From: Acidimicrobiales bacterium | Lineage (GTDB): Bacteria > Actinomycetota > Acidimicrobiia > Acidimicrobiales > RAAP-2 | Direction of reading: 5' to 3' | DNA: 51,870 bases | Assembly (NCBI GenBank): GCA_036521235.1 | Contig: DATDIE010000306.1 | Location: 1 to 51,870 of the forward strand | In this document: piece by piece, positions 27,505-37,762 of the stretch | Layout: every line of letters begins with the position of its first letter | Position numbering within the stretch: the stretch's first letter is position 1 | The notes under the pieces: generated by a model | Databases searched by the model: none | What the model saw: the letters and a program-made list of their open reading frames with translations, nothing else | Told to the model about the DNA's origin: nothing | Translations under genes and position numbers: made by a program

Positions 27505-28973
27505 CGCAACCAGCCGGCGGCGAGCGCGATCGCCGACAGCACGATCACCGGAAGGTCGCCCCAGTGGTCATACGGCGTCAGCCCGCGGCGCAACGCCACG
27601 GTGGCAAAAATCACCTGGCGGTTCCCCAGCGAGCTGCGCGCCACGACCACGCCGCGCTGGGTCACGACCGAGCTGAACCCGGTCGGCGCGGCCTGCACCA
27701 GGTCGCGGCCCGTCTGGACCGACTGGACGACATCGGCTGCGACCTCCTGCGCCGGCACCTGCGACGTGCTGTACGACGACGTGTTGGTGGGCACGGCGAG
27801 CAACTGCGCGCCGGCGCGCACGGACTCATGGCTCCGCCCCGCGTAGAAGACCTCGAAGGACACCAGCACGCCGATGGGACCGGCGGGGGTGCGCATGAGG
27901 CCGGTGCCGTGACCTGGCACGGCGTCGGTCGGCACGCCGGAGAGATCGGCAAAGTGTGCGAAGAAGGACCGGTCGGGCACGTACTCCCCGAAGGGCACCC
28001 GATGCACCTTCTCGTAGACGGCGACGATCTTGCCGCGCGGTCCCCACACGACGACCTCGTTGCGGAACATGGTCGCACCCGCCGGCTCGGTCACGCCGAC
28101 CATGAGCGTCGTATGGAGCGCCCGCGCCAGGCTGCCCAACGTGGCGGCTTCCGGTGACCCGGCAAGAGGCCCGTCGAGGGCGACCACGTCTTCGGGCCAC
28201 ACCACGAGCTCGGCCTGAGGTCGGCCCGCCGTCACGCCGTACGTCGCTGCCAGCTGTGCGTCGTAGACCGTCGTCGGGGACACCTGCTCCTTGCTGACCC
28301 CACGCTGCCCGCCGCCCTGGACGAGCGCGACCCGCACCGTCCCCACGGGCGGGCCGCCGTCGGGAACGACCGCGCCCACGACGGCGAGCGCGACCACTCC
28401 GGCCGCGATGACTGCGGCCCCGACCACCGCCGACACCGGCACCTCCGAGCGCCGAGCGCGGAGAGCCGCCACCAGGGTCGCCGCCGCGACCCCACCGGCC
28501 CACACGCCGGCCGTGATGAGCAGCGGGCCGCCCAGGCGGGCCAGCTGGACCAACGGGCCGCCGGCCTGGCCGAGGAACACGCCACCCAGCGGCAGTCCTC
28601 CGAACGGCCAGGTCATGCGCACCGCCTCCGCCAGGGTGCAGGCGCCCACGAACGCCGGGGCTCGTCCCCGCACCGGCGGGGTGAGTGCGGCTGCGGCCGC
28701 GAAGAACAAGGCCTCGATGAGGATCAGTACGACGGCGCCGTACCAGTTGAAGGCGCGGGCCCAGAACAGCCCGATGGCGAAGCAGCCCAGTCCGGCCAGC
28801 CAGCCGGACCAGACCCGCGTCCGCAGCCGCAGTCCGGCCAGCCGCCAATACAGCAGCCCCGCACCCGCCAGCCCGAGGGGCCACCAGCCCCACGGAGGGA
28901 GCGAGAGGGCGAGCAGGACCCCGGCCGCCACCGACGGCGCGGCGATACGGCCTCGGCCGGTCGGCCAGGTCAC
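27486..28973 (-). CDS. lnt: Apolipoprotein N-acyltransferase (Lnt)-like CN-hydrolase membrane protein, with Ser at the position of the catalytic Cys
   Basis: This is the C-terminal 495 aa of ORF 27486..30320. GTG 28973 overlaps the hemY stop (GTGA). It has N-terminal TM helices, then VALVQGG..VVWPED..YEKVHRVPFGEYVP..GVLVSFEVFY, and a C-terminal TM helix. Confidence 0.8.
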   Translation of the reverse strand: MTWPTGRGRIAAPSVAAGVLLALSLPPWGWWPLGLAGAGLLYWRLAGLRLRTRVWSGWLAGLGCFAIGLFWARAFNWYGAVVLILIEALFFAAAAALTPPVRGRAPAFVGACTLAEAVRMTWPFGGLPLGGVFLGQAGGPLVQLARLGGPLLITAGVWAGGVAAATLVAALRARRSEVPVSAVVGAAVIAAGVVALAVVGAVVPDGGPPVGTVRVALVQGGGQRGVSKEQVSPTTVYDAQLAATYGVTAGRPQAELVVWPEDVVALDGPLAGSPEAATLGSLARALHTTLMVGVTEPAGATMFRNEVVVWGPRGKIVAVYEKVHRVPFGEYVPDRSFFAHFADLSGVPTDAVPGHGTGLMRTPAGPIGVLVSFEVFYAGRSHESVRAGAQLLAVPTNTSSYSTSQVPAQEVAADVVQSVQTGRDLVQAAPTGFSSVVTQRGVVVARSSLGNRQVIFATVALRRGLTPYDHWGDLPVIVLSAIALAAGWLRQFRSS

Positions 28974-30376
28974 GACACGGCGTGCGCAGCCGCCCGGCCG
29001 CTTGCGATGCAGGCCGGGATGCCGACGCCGCGGTACGCCGCTCCCGCCACCGCGACGCCACCGAGGCGTGCCGCCGCCGCTTCGACGCCGGCCGTGCGCA
29101 GAAGATGGTGGACGCGGTACTGAGGCAGCCCGTGCGGGTGTCGCACGACGACGGCCTCCGTCGGCTGGCCGCTCAACCCGATCAACGCGCTGAGCTCTTC
29201 CCAGGCCACGACCGCACACTCGGTGTCCGTCCACTGCTGCGGGCGGGTGTCGTCGATCCGGCCCATCGAGGCGCGGAGCATGACCTGGCCGTCGCGGGCC
29301 AGATGCGGCCATTTCCGGTCGAGGTAGGTGCACGCGGTGACGGCCCAGGGATCGCCGCCCTTGGGGGCGCTGTGGCGCGGGACGAGGAATCCCGTCCCGA
29401 AGAGCTCCGCGGGCGCGCAGCCGACCGGGGCGCGGAACGTGACCAACGTGACCGACGCGTAGTCGATCGAGGCGAGCAACGCGGCAGCCTCGTCGTCGTG
29501 GGAGCGCAGGAGCGTTGCCGCGCTGGGCGCCGGGACGGCGACGACGACGGCGTCCCCGCGTTGGTCGGCGTGGCCGATGACGGCCCAGCCATCGCCGTCG
29601 CGCCCGAGACATTCGACCGGGCTCGACAGTCTGAGCTCCACGCCCCGAGCCCCGAGGCCGGCGACGAGCGCGTCGACGAGGGCGGCCATGCCCCCGTGGA
29701 GCGCCCAGAAGAGAGGAGGGCCGTCGGGATCCGGGCGCGGGACCTCGGCGCGCAGCGCGCGCATCAGGCTGCCGCGGCGCTGGGCGGCGGCCAGCAGCGG
29801 CGGGAAGACCGCGGCGGCGGACATGTCGTCGACCGATCCGGCATGGATGCCGCCGATCAGGGGATCGGCCAACGTGTCGACCACCTTGTGGCCGAGCTTC
29901 CGTGCGACGAGCGGGCCGATGGCGCGGTCGCCGATGGGACCGCGTACGTCGGGCCGCGGCAGCAGCGCGTCGCGCGCCAGCGCAATGGAACCGCCCAAGC
30001 CGAGGATGCCGGAGCGGGCCGACGGCCAGAACCGGGTGGGAATCCCCATCGCGTGCCCGTCGGGCAGGACGCGCAGCCGGCCCCGTGACCAGACCGACGC
30101 ACCCCGCGCCGTGATCGGGACGAGCGCGCCTTCGAGCCCGGCCTCTTTGCAGAGATCGAGCGCCTCGGGTCGTCGCCCCAAGAATCCGTCGGGTCCCATG
30201 TCGACGACCTGACCGGCGACGTCGTCGCTGCGCAACGCACCACCGAATCGGCCCGAGGCCTCCAAGACGACGATCTCGGGCGCGCCCGCGTGCGGCTCGG
30301 CCCCTCCGCTCAGTTCCCACGCCGCGGCCAACCCGCTGATGCCGCCGCCGACCACGATCACCCGCCGCGCGGCCAT
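28970..30376 (-). CDS. hemY: Protoporphyrinogen/coproporphyrinogen III oxidase (HemY/CgoX type, FAD-dependent)
   Basis: The sequence RRVIVVGGGISGLAAAWEL.. is typical, followed by a long HemY-like body. ATG 30376 lies 1 nt after the hemH stop. The ORF-track start at 30397 is the alternative. Confidence 0.9.
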   Translation of the reverse strand: MAARRVIVVGGGISGLAAAWELSGGAEPHAGAPEIVVLEASGRFGGALRSDDVAGQVVDMGPDGFLGRRPEALDLCKEAGLEGALVPITARGASVWSRGRLRVLPDGHAMGIPTRFWPSARSGILGLGGSIALARDALLPRPDVRGPIGDRAIGPLVARKLGHKVVDTLADPLIGGIHAGSVDDMSAAAVFPPLLAAAQRRGSLMRALRAEVPRPDPDGPPLFWALHGGMAALVDALVAGLGARGVELRLSSPVECLGRDGDGWAVIGHADQRGDAVVVAVPAPSAATLLRSHDDEAAALLASIDYASVTLVTFRAPVGCAPAELFGTGFLVPRHSAPKGGDPWAVTACTYLDRKWPHLARDGQVMLRASMGRIDDTRPQQWTDTECAVVAWEELSALIGLSGQPTEAVVVRHPHGLPQYRVHHLLRTAGVEAAAARLGGVAVAGAAYRGVGIPACIASGRAAAHAVS

Positions 30377-30377
30377 A

Positions 30378-31274
30378 TCAGGGCGCGGCGGTCGCAATCA
30401 GGTCGGCCAACACCCCGACGAACACCGGGTCGTCGTTCAGCGACTCGGTGCGCGCGTAAGCGAGACCGGACTCGGCAGCGATCCCCGCCACCTCGACGTC
30501 GAGGTCGTACAACACCTCGAGATGGTCGGAGACGAAGCCGATGGGACAGATCACGACGACATCGATGTCACCGCCGGCGCCGAGCCGGCGCACCTCGTCG
30601 CGCACGTCGGGGCCGAGCCATGGTTCAGGTGTCCGGCCCGCGCTCTGCCAGGCCACATCCCATTCGTCCAGACCCGCCGCCTCCGCCACCCGTCGGGCCG
30701 AGTCGGCCAACTGCTCGGGATACGTATCGCCCTGCTCGCGCACGCGCTCGGGGAGCGAGTGCGCAGTGAAGATCACCCGTGGCCGGCCCGGCACCGTCGC
30801 GATCGCCTCTCTGACCCGGTCCGCCAGGAGCTGCACCAGGGCGGGTTCGCCGTACCACGGTCCGACGGCGACGAACGGCGTCGAGCCGAGCTCCTTGGCC
30901 GCCCGGTCGAGATACTCCTGAGAGCCCATGGACGACGAGTGCGGGGTCAGGACCAACCCGATCACCTCTTCGTGGTCCGCAGCCGCGAGCGCGGCCGCAG
31001 CCTCCTCGATGAGAGGGTCCGTGTGCTTGGCGCCGAACGAGACCACGTAGCGCCCCGGCACGCGGCGATCGAGCTCGGCACGCACCGCATCGACTTGGGC
31101 CCGGGTGCGTTCGGCCAGTGGGGACACGCCGCCGATCGCCCGGTAGCGGCCCTCCAGCTCGGCCAGCTGGGCCGGTGCGGGCGGGCGGCCGCGACGGATC
31201 CGCGTGTAGAACCCCTCGATCTCGTCGGTGTTGGCCGGCGTGCCGTGCGCCATGAGGAGGACGCCGATCGTCAC
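30378..31274 (-). CDS. hemH: Ferrochelatase (coproporphyrin ferrochelatase type)
   Basis: This is the C-terminal 298 aa of ORF 30378..31436. GTG 31274 overlaps the hemE stop (GTGA). The sequence [37 protein letters not shown] is ferrochelatase-like. Confidence 0.9.
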   Translation of the reverse strand: MTIGVLLMAHGTPANTDEIEGFYTRIRRGRPPAPAQLAELEGRYRAIGGVSPLAERTRAQVDAVRAELDRRVPGRYVVSFGAKHTDPLIEEAAAALAAADHEEVIGLVLTPHSSSMGSQEYLDRAAKELGSTPFVAVGPWYGEPALVQLLADRVREAIATVPGRPRVIFTAHSLPERVREQGDTYPEQLADSARRVAEAAGLDEWDVAWQSAGRTPEPWLGPDVRDEVRRLGAGGDIDVVVICPIGFVSDHLEVLYDLDVEVAGIAAESGLAYARTESLNDDPVFVGVLADLIATAAP

Positions 31275-32329
31275 CTCGGGGCGCTCTCCCGGTGGACCAA
31301 CTCGGCGACCGCGCCCAAGATGCCGGGGTCCGTCTCGGGCAGTACCCCGTGACCGAGGTTGAAGACGTGACCGGTGCCCGTTCCATCGCCACCGCGCACG
31401 AGCACCTCGCGGACGCCCTCCTCGACCACGTTCCACGGGGCGAGGCAGAGGGCCGGGTCGAGGTTTCCCTGCACCGCGTGGTGCGCGCCCACCCTGGCGC
31501 GCGCGGCGTCGAGCGGCACCCGCCAGTCGACGCCGACGACGTCGGAGCCGGCGTCGGCCATCTGGACGAGGAGCTCTCCGGTGCCCACGCCGAAGAGGAT
31601 GGTCGGGACCCCCAAGTCGGCGATGCCCTCGAAGACGGCGCGCGTCGCCGGTAGCGCGAAGCGCGCGTACTCGTCGGGCGACAGCGAGCCGGCCCAGCTG
31701 TCGAAGAGCTGCACCACCTGCGCCCCGGCATCAATCTGCGCACGCAGCGACGCCACCGCCATGGCCGCGAGCCTCCGGGTGAGTTCGTCCCACAGGGCGG
31801 GCTCTCCGTGCATTAGCGCCTTCACACGCGCGAACGTCCGCGACGGACCGCCCTCGACGGCGTAGCTCGCCACCGTGAAGGGGGCGCCGGCGAAGCCGAT
31901 CAGCGCGACACCCGTGCCGTCGAGCTCCTTCGCCACGAGGCGTGCCGCCTCGGCGACATACGGCGCGTCGTGGTCGGGCTCGAAAGCGCGGAGGCGGCGA
32001 AGGTCGGTGTCCGAGCGGAACGGCTCCGCGACCACCGGCCCCCGGCCCTGCTCGATCTCCACGCCGAACCCGATGGCGTGGAGGGGCACGACGATGTCGG
32101 AGAACAAGATGGCGGCGTCGACGCCGTAACGCCGAACCGGCTGGAGCGTGAGCTCGGCGGACAACGCGGCATCCTCGATGGCGGACAAGATCGAGCCATC
32201 GCCCCGGGCGGCGCGGTACTCGGGCAGCGCCCGCCCCGCTTGGCGCATGAACCAGACCGGCGTGCGCGTCACGGGCTCCCGCCGGCAGGCCCGCACCAGG
32301 TCGGGCACGGCATCTGCCCGAGGCGTCAC
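31271..32329 (-). CDS. hemE: Uroporphyrinogen decarboxylase
   Basis: The sequence [39 protein letters not shown] is HemE-like. The GTG start overlaps the upstream stop (GTGA). Confidence 0.95.
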   Translation of the reverse strand: MTPRADAVPDLVRACRREPVTRTPVWFMRQAGRALPEYRAARGDGSILSAIEDAALSAELTLQPVRRYGVDAAILFSDIVVPLHAIGFGVEIEQGRGPVVAEPFRSDTDLRRLRAFEPDHDAPYVAEAARLVAKELDGTGVALIGFAGAPFTVASYAVEGGPSRTFARVKALMHGEPALWDELTRRLAAMAVASLRAQIDAGAQVVQLFDSWAGSLSPDEYARFALPATRAVFEGIADLGVPTILFGVGTGELLVQMADAGSDVVGVDWRVPLDAARARVGAHHAVQGNLDPALCLAPWNVVEEGVREVLVRGGDGTGTGHVFNLGHGVLPETDPGILGAVAELVHRESAPR

Positions 32330-32649
32330 CCGAGCGGCTCTATGACGACCGCCGTGCCGTAGGCGCAGATCTCCGTCCAGTTGCCACCCATCTCCGAGGT
32401 GTCGAACCGCATGGCCAGGACGGCGTTGCCACCCCGGGCCTCCGCCTCCCCGACCATCCGGTTGACGACGTCCTCCCGGCTCAGCTGGAGGTTCTTCGTC
32501 ATCCCCTTGAGCTCGCCGCCGGCGAGCGACTTGAAGGCGGCGCCGAACTGAGAGCCGACGTTCCGTGAGCGGACGGTCAGGCCGAAGACCTCCCCCAGCA
32601 CGGAGGTGACCTTGTAGCCGGGCACGTCGTTCATGGTCGAGATCAGCAT
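32326..32649 (-). CDS. YbjQ/UPF0145 family protein
   Basis: The sequence [57 protein letters not shown] is YbjQ-like. ATG 32649 is preceded by AAAGGA and gives the usual length of about 107 aa. The ORF-track start at 32688 is the alternative. Confidence 0.8.
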   Translation of the reverse strand: MLISTMNDVPGYKVTSVLGEVFGLTVRSRNVGSQFGAAFKSLAGGELKGMTKNLQLSREDVVNRMVGEAEARGGNAVLAMRFDTSEMGGNWTEICAYGTAVVIEPLG

Positions 32650-32760
32650 GGCGATCCTTTCGGTGCGGCTCATCGTAGGCGTGGGCACCCAGGCGTCCCG
32701 GGCGTGTGCGGCCGTCTAAACTGAACCGTTTCCCCGAGGGACCGGGGTGAAAGGGGAGAG

Positions 32761-35097
32761 GTGCCCGAACATCCCGATTTACAGGATGAGCAGGAGTTCC
32801 TCGACCGGGCCTACGACGGGCTCGAGTTCATGCGCGGCGAGGCTCGCCAGATGCTCCAGGGCGTCCTGGATCTCGGCCGCGGCGGCACCTTCCAATCGCG
32901 TACCGAACGCGACATCGTGGTGCGCACCAGCCTGGCCCGCCTCGAACAACTCGACATCGGCGACCAGGCTCTCTATTTCGGCCGGATCGACCGGCTCCCC
33001 GAACCGGGGAACGGGGCGACGAACGGGGCGCTCGGCGAGTCGTTCCACATCGGCCACCTCGCCGTGTCGGGCCCCGACCACGAACCGTTGGGGGTGGACT
33101 GGCGGGCGCCCGTGGCGGAACCCTTCTACCGGGCCACCGGGCTCGATCCCCAGGGGCTCGCTCGCCGGCGCCACCTCGCCGTGCGTGGCCGCGCCGTCCT
33201 CGGACTCGAGGACGAGTACTTCGTGGACCCCGCGGGGCGCCCGGTGGGCCCGGTCGACGACGGGGACGCCGGCGGAGAGCGCCTGTTGTCCGACGGCATG
33301 GTCCTCGGCGGGCCCGGTGCCCTGCTCTCGGCCTTGGGCCAGTCCAGGACCGGTCGCATGGGTGACATCGTGGCGACGATCCAGCGCGAGCAGGACGAGA
33401 TCATCCGCTCGCCCCTGCCGGGCGTTCTCGTGGTGCAGGGCGGTCCGGGCACGGGCAAGACCGCGGTGGCGCTGCACCGCGCCGCGTACTTGCTCTACAC
33501 CCACCGTTTCCCGCTCGAACGCCAGGGCGTGCTCGTCGTCGGCCCCAACCCGCTGTTCCTGCGTTACATCGAACAGGTCCTGCCTTCCCTGGGCGAGACG
33601 GGCGTCAGCCTTTCGACCGTCGCCGGTTTGGTGCCCGAGGTGCGTGTCCGGGGCGTCGACGACGCGGCCGTGGCCAAGCTGAAGGGCGACGTCCGCATGG
33701 TGAAGGTGTTGGCCAAGGCGGTCCGCACGCGCGAGCGCCCGCTCCGCCAGGACGTGGAGATCCCGTTCGGTGCCGGCGTGCTGAGGCTGCGGGCTCGTTC
33801 GACCGAAGAGATCGTGGGGCTGGCCCGGCGCCGTCCCGGCACCCACAACGCGCGGCGGCGGTTCGTGGAGGCGCAAGTGGTGCGGTCCCTCTCGGACGAC
33901 TACCGGGCCCGCCTCAACCGCGGCGGGATCACGACAGCCGACGACGCCCCGAGCCAAGAGGAGCAGGACGACCTGGCACGGCGCATCCGACGTGCGCCCG
34001 AGGTCATCGAGGCGCTGGACCGGATGTGGCCCCGCCTGTCGCCGCACGAATTCCTCCACGACCTCCTGGGTGCGCGGGCGCTCCTCACTGCGGCCGGCAA
34101 GGGCATCCTCACCGCGGCGGACGTGCAGCGCCTCTACCGTCCACGCAGCGCCTCCCTCGATACCGTGCCCTGGACCGTGGGCGACACCGCGCTGATCGAC
34201 GAGGCGAGGACGCTCCTGGGTCCGCGCCGCGGCCGGACCGCGCGGACGCGGACGGCTCGCAGCGACGAGGGCTCGGCCCAGGAGACGGGGTTCTGGCCGC
34301 AAGGCCTGGCGGCGTCGCCCGCTCCTACGGTCGTCTCCTCCAACGGTTCCGACGACGAAATAAGGTCGTTCGGCCACATCGTGGCCGACGAGGTGCAGGA
34401 CCTGTCGCCCATGCAGCTGCGCATGCTGGCGCGTCGATCGCTCTCGGGCTCCATGACGGTGGTCGGCGACATCGCTCAGGCCACCGGGCCCTGGGCGCCG
34501 ACAAGTTGGGACGACGTGACTCGTCACCTGACCCCGCAGCGCCCGCCGCGGCTGGTCGAGCTCACGGTGAGCTACCGCACCCCGGCCGAGGTCGTCGCGC
34601 TGGCGGCGCAGGTGCTGGCCGTGGCGGCGCCAACGATCGCCCCGCCCCGCCCCGTCCGGGCCTCGGGGCAAATGCCGCGCATCGTGCACGCGGGCCGGGT
34701 GGGCTTTGCGGCGCGCCTGGCCGAATTGGCGCGCGAAGAGGTGGCGGCGGTCGCGCCCGGCAGGGTGGCCGTCCTCGGCGCAGGGGTCATGCTCCCGGAG
34801 CTGATGCGCGCGTTGGCCGAAGCCGGTCTCGACGCCACCGACCCGCGTGACCCCGCCGGGGAGGGCCTGGCGGCCGGGCTCGTCGTTCTGCCCGCCGACG
34901 AGACCAACGGCCTCGAGTTCGACTCCGTGATCGTCGTCGAGCCCTCGCTCATCGCGTCCGTCGGCGACGAACCGGCCGAGGAGACGCCTCCGGTCGCCAC
35001 GACACGGGGATTGCGGACTCTCTACGTCGCGCTGACGCGGCCGACCCGGCGGCTGACGATCCTGCACGCCGATCCCCTGCCGGTCGACCTTCACTGA
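32761..35097 (+). CDS. helD: UvrD-like helicase, HelD family (RNA-polymerase-associated ATPase)
   Basis: The N-terminal sequence [20 protein letters not shown] is followed by Walker [24 protein letters not shown], then ADEVQDLSP and [12 protein letters not shown] 32761 is preceded by GAAAGGGGAGAG. Confidence 0.85.
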   Translation: MPEHPDLQDEQEFLDRAYDGLEFMRGEARQMLQGVLDLGRGGTFQSRTERDIVVRTSLARLEQLDIGDQALYFGRIDRLPEPGNGATNGALGESFHIGHLAVSGPDHEPLGVDWRAPVAEPFYRATGLDPQGLARRRHLAVRGRAVLGLEDEYFVDPAGRPVGPVDDGDAGGERLLSDGMVLGGPGALLSALGQSRTGRMGDIVATIQREQDEIIRSPLPGVLVVQGGPGTGKTAVALHRAAYLLYTHRFPLERQGVLVVGPNPLFLRYIEQVLPSLGETGVSLSTVAGLVPEVRVRGVDDAAVAKLKGDVRMVKVLAKAVRTRERPLRQDVEIPFGAGVLRLRARSTEEIVGLARRRPGTHNARRRFVEAQVVRSLSDDYRARLNRGGITTADDAPSQEEQDDLARRIRRAPEVIEALDRMWPRLSPHEFLHDLLGARALLTAAGKGILTAADVQRLYRPRSASLDTVPWTVGDTALIDEARTLLGPRRGRTARTRTARSDEGSAQETGFWPQGLAASPAPTVVSSNGSDDEIRSFGHIVADEVQDLSPMQLRMLARRSLSGSMTVVGDIAQATGPWAPTSWDDVTRHLTPQRPPRLVELTVSYRTPAEVVALAAQVLAVAAPTIAPPRPVRASGQMPRIVHAGRVGFAARLAELAREEVAAVAPGRVAVLGAGVMLPELMRALAEAGLDATDPRDPAGEGLAAGLVVLPADETNGLEFDSVIVVEPSLIASVGDEPAEETPPVATTRGLRTLYVALTRPTRRLTILHADPLPVDLH

Positions 35098-35146
35098 CCT
35101 GGGAATTCACAGGCCGCCGCCAGGCCACAACCCCGCAACCTGCTTA

Positions 35147-35177
35147 TTGGCGACCTGAGCAGCGGGTCGACTAGAAA
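35147..35177 (+). promoter_or_regulatory. Candidate promoter of ctaE-qcrCAB, giving an essentially leaderless ctaE
   Basis: TTGGCG (35147-35152), a 19-nt spacer and TAGAAA (35172-35177). The ctaE GTG at 35185 lies 7 nt downstream with no Shine-Dalgarno sequence. This is a weak sequence-only call. Confidence 0.3.
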
Positions 35178-35184
35178 TTGCGCT

Positions 35185-35787
35185 GTGACGCAGGCTGTTT
35201 CGGCGGAAGTCCCCGCGCCCCAAGGGAGGATCATTCACGACCGGCCGCCGATGCTGGCGGTCGGGGTCATGATCTGGCTCGGTTCCGAGCTGATGTTCTT
35301 CAGCGGCCTCTTCGCCGCCTTCTTCACCATCCGGGCCAACACCGTCGGACCGTGGCCCCCCGCCGGGACCGAACTCGACACGGCGCGGGCGGGCGTCTTC
35401 ACCCTGATCCTCGTCGCGTCGAGCTTCACCATGCAGAAGGCCGTCTTCGATGCGGAGTGGCGCCGGCGCAAGGCCGCCCGGATGTGGGTCGTCTTCACCA
35501 TCATCCTGGGCGTGGCGTTCCTGGGCAACCAGGTCTACGAGTGGTTGTTCAGCCCCACTCGTTGGTACACGAACTCGTACGGCTCGCTCTTCTACATCAT
35601 GTCGGGCCTCCACGGGTTGCACGTGTTCATCGGACTGATCGCCATGGTCTTCCTCCTGGGTCGGATGCGGGGTGACAAAGGTGGCGACCCGGGCGAGCTC
35701 TCGGCTATGCAAGGAGTCTCTTACTACTGGCACTTCGTCGACATCGTCTGGGTTGGTCTCTACAGTTGTCTGTTCCTTCTCAAGTAG
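35185..35787 (+). CDS. ctaE: Cytochrome c oxidase subunit III
   Basis: The 200-aa ORF contains WLGSELMFFSGLFAAFF..FYIMSGLHGLHVFIGL..YYWHFVDIVWVGLY. Confidence 0.93.
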   Translation: MTQAVSAEVPAPQGRIIHDRPPMLAVGVMIWLGSELMFFSGLFAAFFTIRANTVGPWPPAGTELDTARAGVFTLILVASSFTMQKAVFDAEWRRRKAARMWVVFTIILGVAFLGNQVYEWLFSPTRWYTNSYGSLFYIMSGLHGLHVFIGLIAMVFLLGRMRGDKGGDPGELSAMQGVSYYWHFVDIVWVGLYSCLFLLK

Positions 35788-35789
35788 GC

Positions 35790-36788
35790 GTGCGAGGCGT
35801 GCGCCCATCACTCAAGAAGAAGCTCCGCACCCAATTCCTGCTGCCGGCCGGCCTTCTGACCGTCGCCGCCATGGCGTCGCTGGCGGTGTTCTTTCCCGGC
35901 ACCGGAGCCGGGGCCAGCGGGCACAACGACACGTCGCAGGTGTCGACCAACGCGAAGGACGTGTTGAAGGCGTGCGGCACCGTGAACACGAAGGGGGTCA
36001 GCCCGATCCCCAATACGGGGAACCCCTTCTTCAGCACCAACCTCCTGTGCCACGGCGGCAACCTGCTCTCCTACGGCAACAACTCCATCACGTACGCCAA
36101 CCCGCCGCAGTCGTACATCCAGGCGGGGCACGAGCTGTTCGCCCAGACCTGCTCGAGCTGCCACGGCAACAACGCCAACGGCACCATGATCGTGAACGGC
36201 AAGGTCGAAGCCACCATCGGCCCGAACCTGCAGGGCGTCGGTGCGGCCACGGTCGACTTCTGGGTCAGTTCGGGGCGGATGCCGGCGACCGACACGAAGT
36301 CGGTGGAGGCGGAACGTAAGGCGTCCCGCCTCACACCGAAGCAGGCGCTCGAGCTCGCGGCGTGGGTCAACTCGCTCGACCCCTCGGTGCCGGCGGTGCC
36401 GTTCCCACACCTGCAGGGGGCGAACCAGTCGGTCGGCGCCGATCTGTTCTCCCTCAACTGCGCGGCGTGCCACACCATCACGGGTGCCGGTGACGCGCTG
36501 GCCTTCGGCACCAATGCGCCCACGTTGCAGAACCGGGGCGTGACGGCGCAGCAGGTCGCCGAGGCCATCCGCACCGGTCCCGCCAACATGCCGCGCTTCT
36601 CGGGCAACCTGAGCGACGCCCAGGTGCGCGACATCGTGTCGTATGTCACGGGCCGGCTGCAGCACCCCACCAACCCGGGGGGCTTCGGACTGGGCGGCGT
36701 CGGGCCGGTGGCCGAGGGCTTCGTCGCACTGCTGATCGGCGTCGGCGGTCTCGCCCTCATCTGCTTCTGGATCGGAGAGCGTTCGTGA
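35790..36788 (+). CDS. qcrC: Cytochrome bc1 complex dihaem cytochrome c subunit
   Basis: It has two CXXCH motifs (CSSCHG, CAACHT), an N-terminal signal/anchor and a C-terminal TM helix. GTG 35790 (or 35799) lies just after the ctaE stop. The ORF-track start at 35766 would overlap ctaE. Confidence 0.9.
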   Translation: MRGVRPSLKKKLRTQFLLPAGLLTVAAMASLAVFFPGTGAGASGHNDTSQVSTNAKDVLKACGTVNTKGVSPIPNTGNPFFSTNLLCHGGNLLSYGNNSITYANPPQSYIQAGHELFAQTCSSCHGNNANGTMIVNGKVEATIGPNLQGVGAATVDFWVSSGRMPATDTKSVEAERKASRLTPKQALELAAWVNSLDPSVPAVPFPHLQGANQSVGADLFSLNCAACHTITGAGDALAFGTNAPTLQNRGVTAQQVAEAIRTGPANMPRFSGNLSDAQVRDIVSYVTGRLQHPTNPGGFGLGGVGPVAEGFVALLIGVGGLALICFWIGERS

Positions 36789-37762
36789 GCGACCCCGACC
36801 ACCAGCCCTCGCGCACGCGGGTGCCGATGCCGATCGCGGCGCTCAGCGATCCGCACATGAGCGACGCGGCGCGTCACCCCAAGCGCATCGAGAACCTCAT
36901 CGCGGTGATTTTCCTCGTCGCCATCGTGCTGTTCGGTATCTCCGGCGCGGCGTGGTGGCAGAACTGGAACGACTGGATCTTCGGTGGCGCGCTCGGTGCC
37001 GGGCTCTTCGCCCTCGGCTTCGGCTTCACGGCCTGGGGCAAGTACCTCATGCCGCAGGGACCCTTCGTCGAGGAGCGCCACACGCTGGCCTCGACCCCCG
37101 ATGAGCGCGATTCCATTTCGGCGGCCCTCGTCGAGCGCACCGCGGTGGTGGTCAAGCGGCGCAAGGTGTTGGGCGGCCTGTTCGCCGCCGCTTCCGGCGT
37201 CTTCGGGCTCGTGATCCTCCTTCCCCTGATCGGTTCGCTCGGCCCGCTGCCCGAGGACGAGCTGGACACCAGCGATTGGAAGGCGGGGACGGTGCTCGTC
37301 GACTCCAACGGCCGGCCCATTCGCCGCGAGACCCTCGTCGTCGGCGGCATCATGACCGTCTACCCGCGCAACCAGCTGCGCATCCAAGACGGTCAGGTGA
37401 TCTTCACCGACTCGGGGCTGGCCACCGACCAGACGGTCCTGATTCGCGTCTCGGACCAGCCTCTCGATCCGCCCACCATGCCGGGTCGCGAGAACTGGAC
37501 GCCCGACGGCTACGTGGCCTACTCCAAGGTGTGCACCCACTTGGGTTGCCCGGTCGGGCTCTACGAGCAGGAGCTCGAGCTCTTGGTCTGCCCGTGCCAC
37601 CAGTCCATGTTCAACGTCCGCAACGGGGCGGTGCCGCAGTTCGGGCCGGCGCCGCGCCCGCTCCCGCAGTTGCCCCTCGGCTACAACGACGACGGGTACC
37701 TCATCGCCACGGCGCCCTATGATCAGGCCCTCGGACCTGGCTTCTTCGAGCGGACCACATGA
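36785..37762 (+). CDS. qcrA: Cytochrome bc1 complex Rieske iron-sulfur subunit
   Basis: It carries the Rieske motifs CTHLGCPV and CPCHQSMF plus N-terminal TM helices. It has GTGA overlap with qcrC. Confidence 0.93.
   Translation: MSDPDHQPSRTRVPMPIAALSDPHMSDAARHPKRIENLIAVIFLVAIVLFGISGAAWWQNWNDWIFGGALGAGLFALGFGFTAWGKYLMPQGPFVEERHTLASTPDERDSISAALVERTAVVVKRRKVLGGLFAAASGVFGLVILLPLIGSLGPLPEDELDTSDWKAGTVLVDSNGRPIRRETLVVGGIMTVYPRNQLRIQDGQVIFTDSGLATDQTVLIRVSDQPLDPPTMPGRENWTPDGYVAYSKVCTHLGCPVGLYEQELELLVCPCHQSMFNVRNGAVPQFGPAPRPLPQLPLGYNDDGYLIATAPYDQALGPGFFERTT

Noticed and set aside
32779-35094. A 771-aa ORF almost exactly mirroring helD on the opposite strand.
   Set aside because: helD on the + strand has Walker A and UvrD-like motifs and a good RBS. 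The antisense translation is Arg/Gly/His/Asp-rich with no motifs. Stop-codon depletion is expected opposite a GC3-rich gene.
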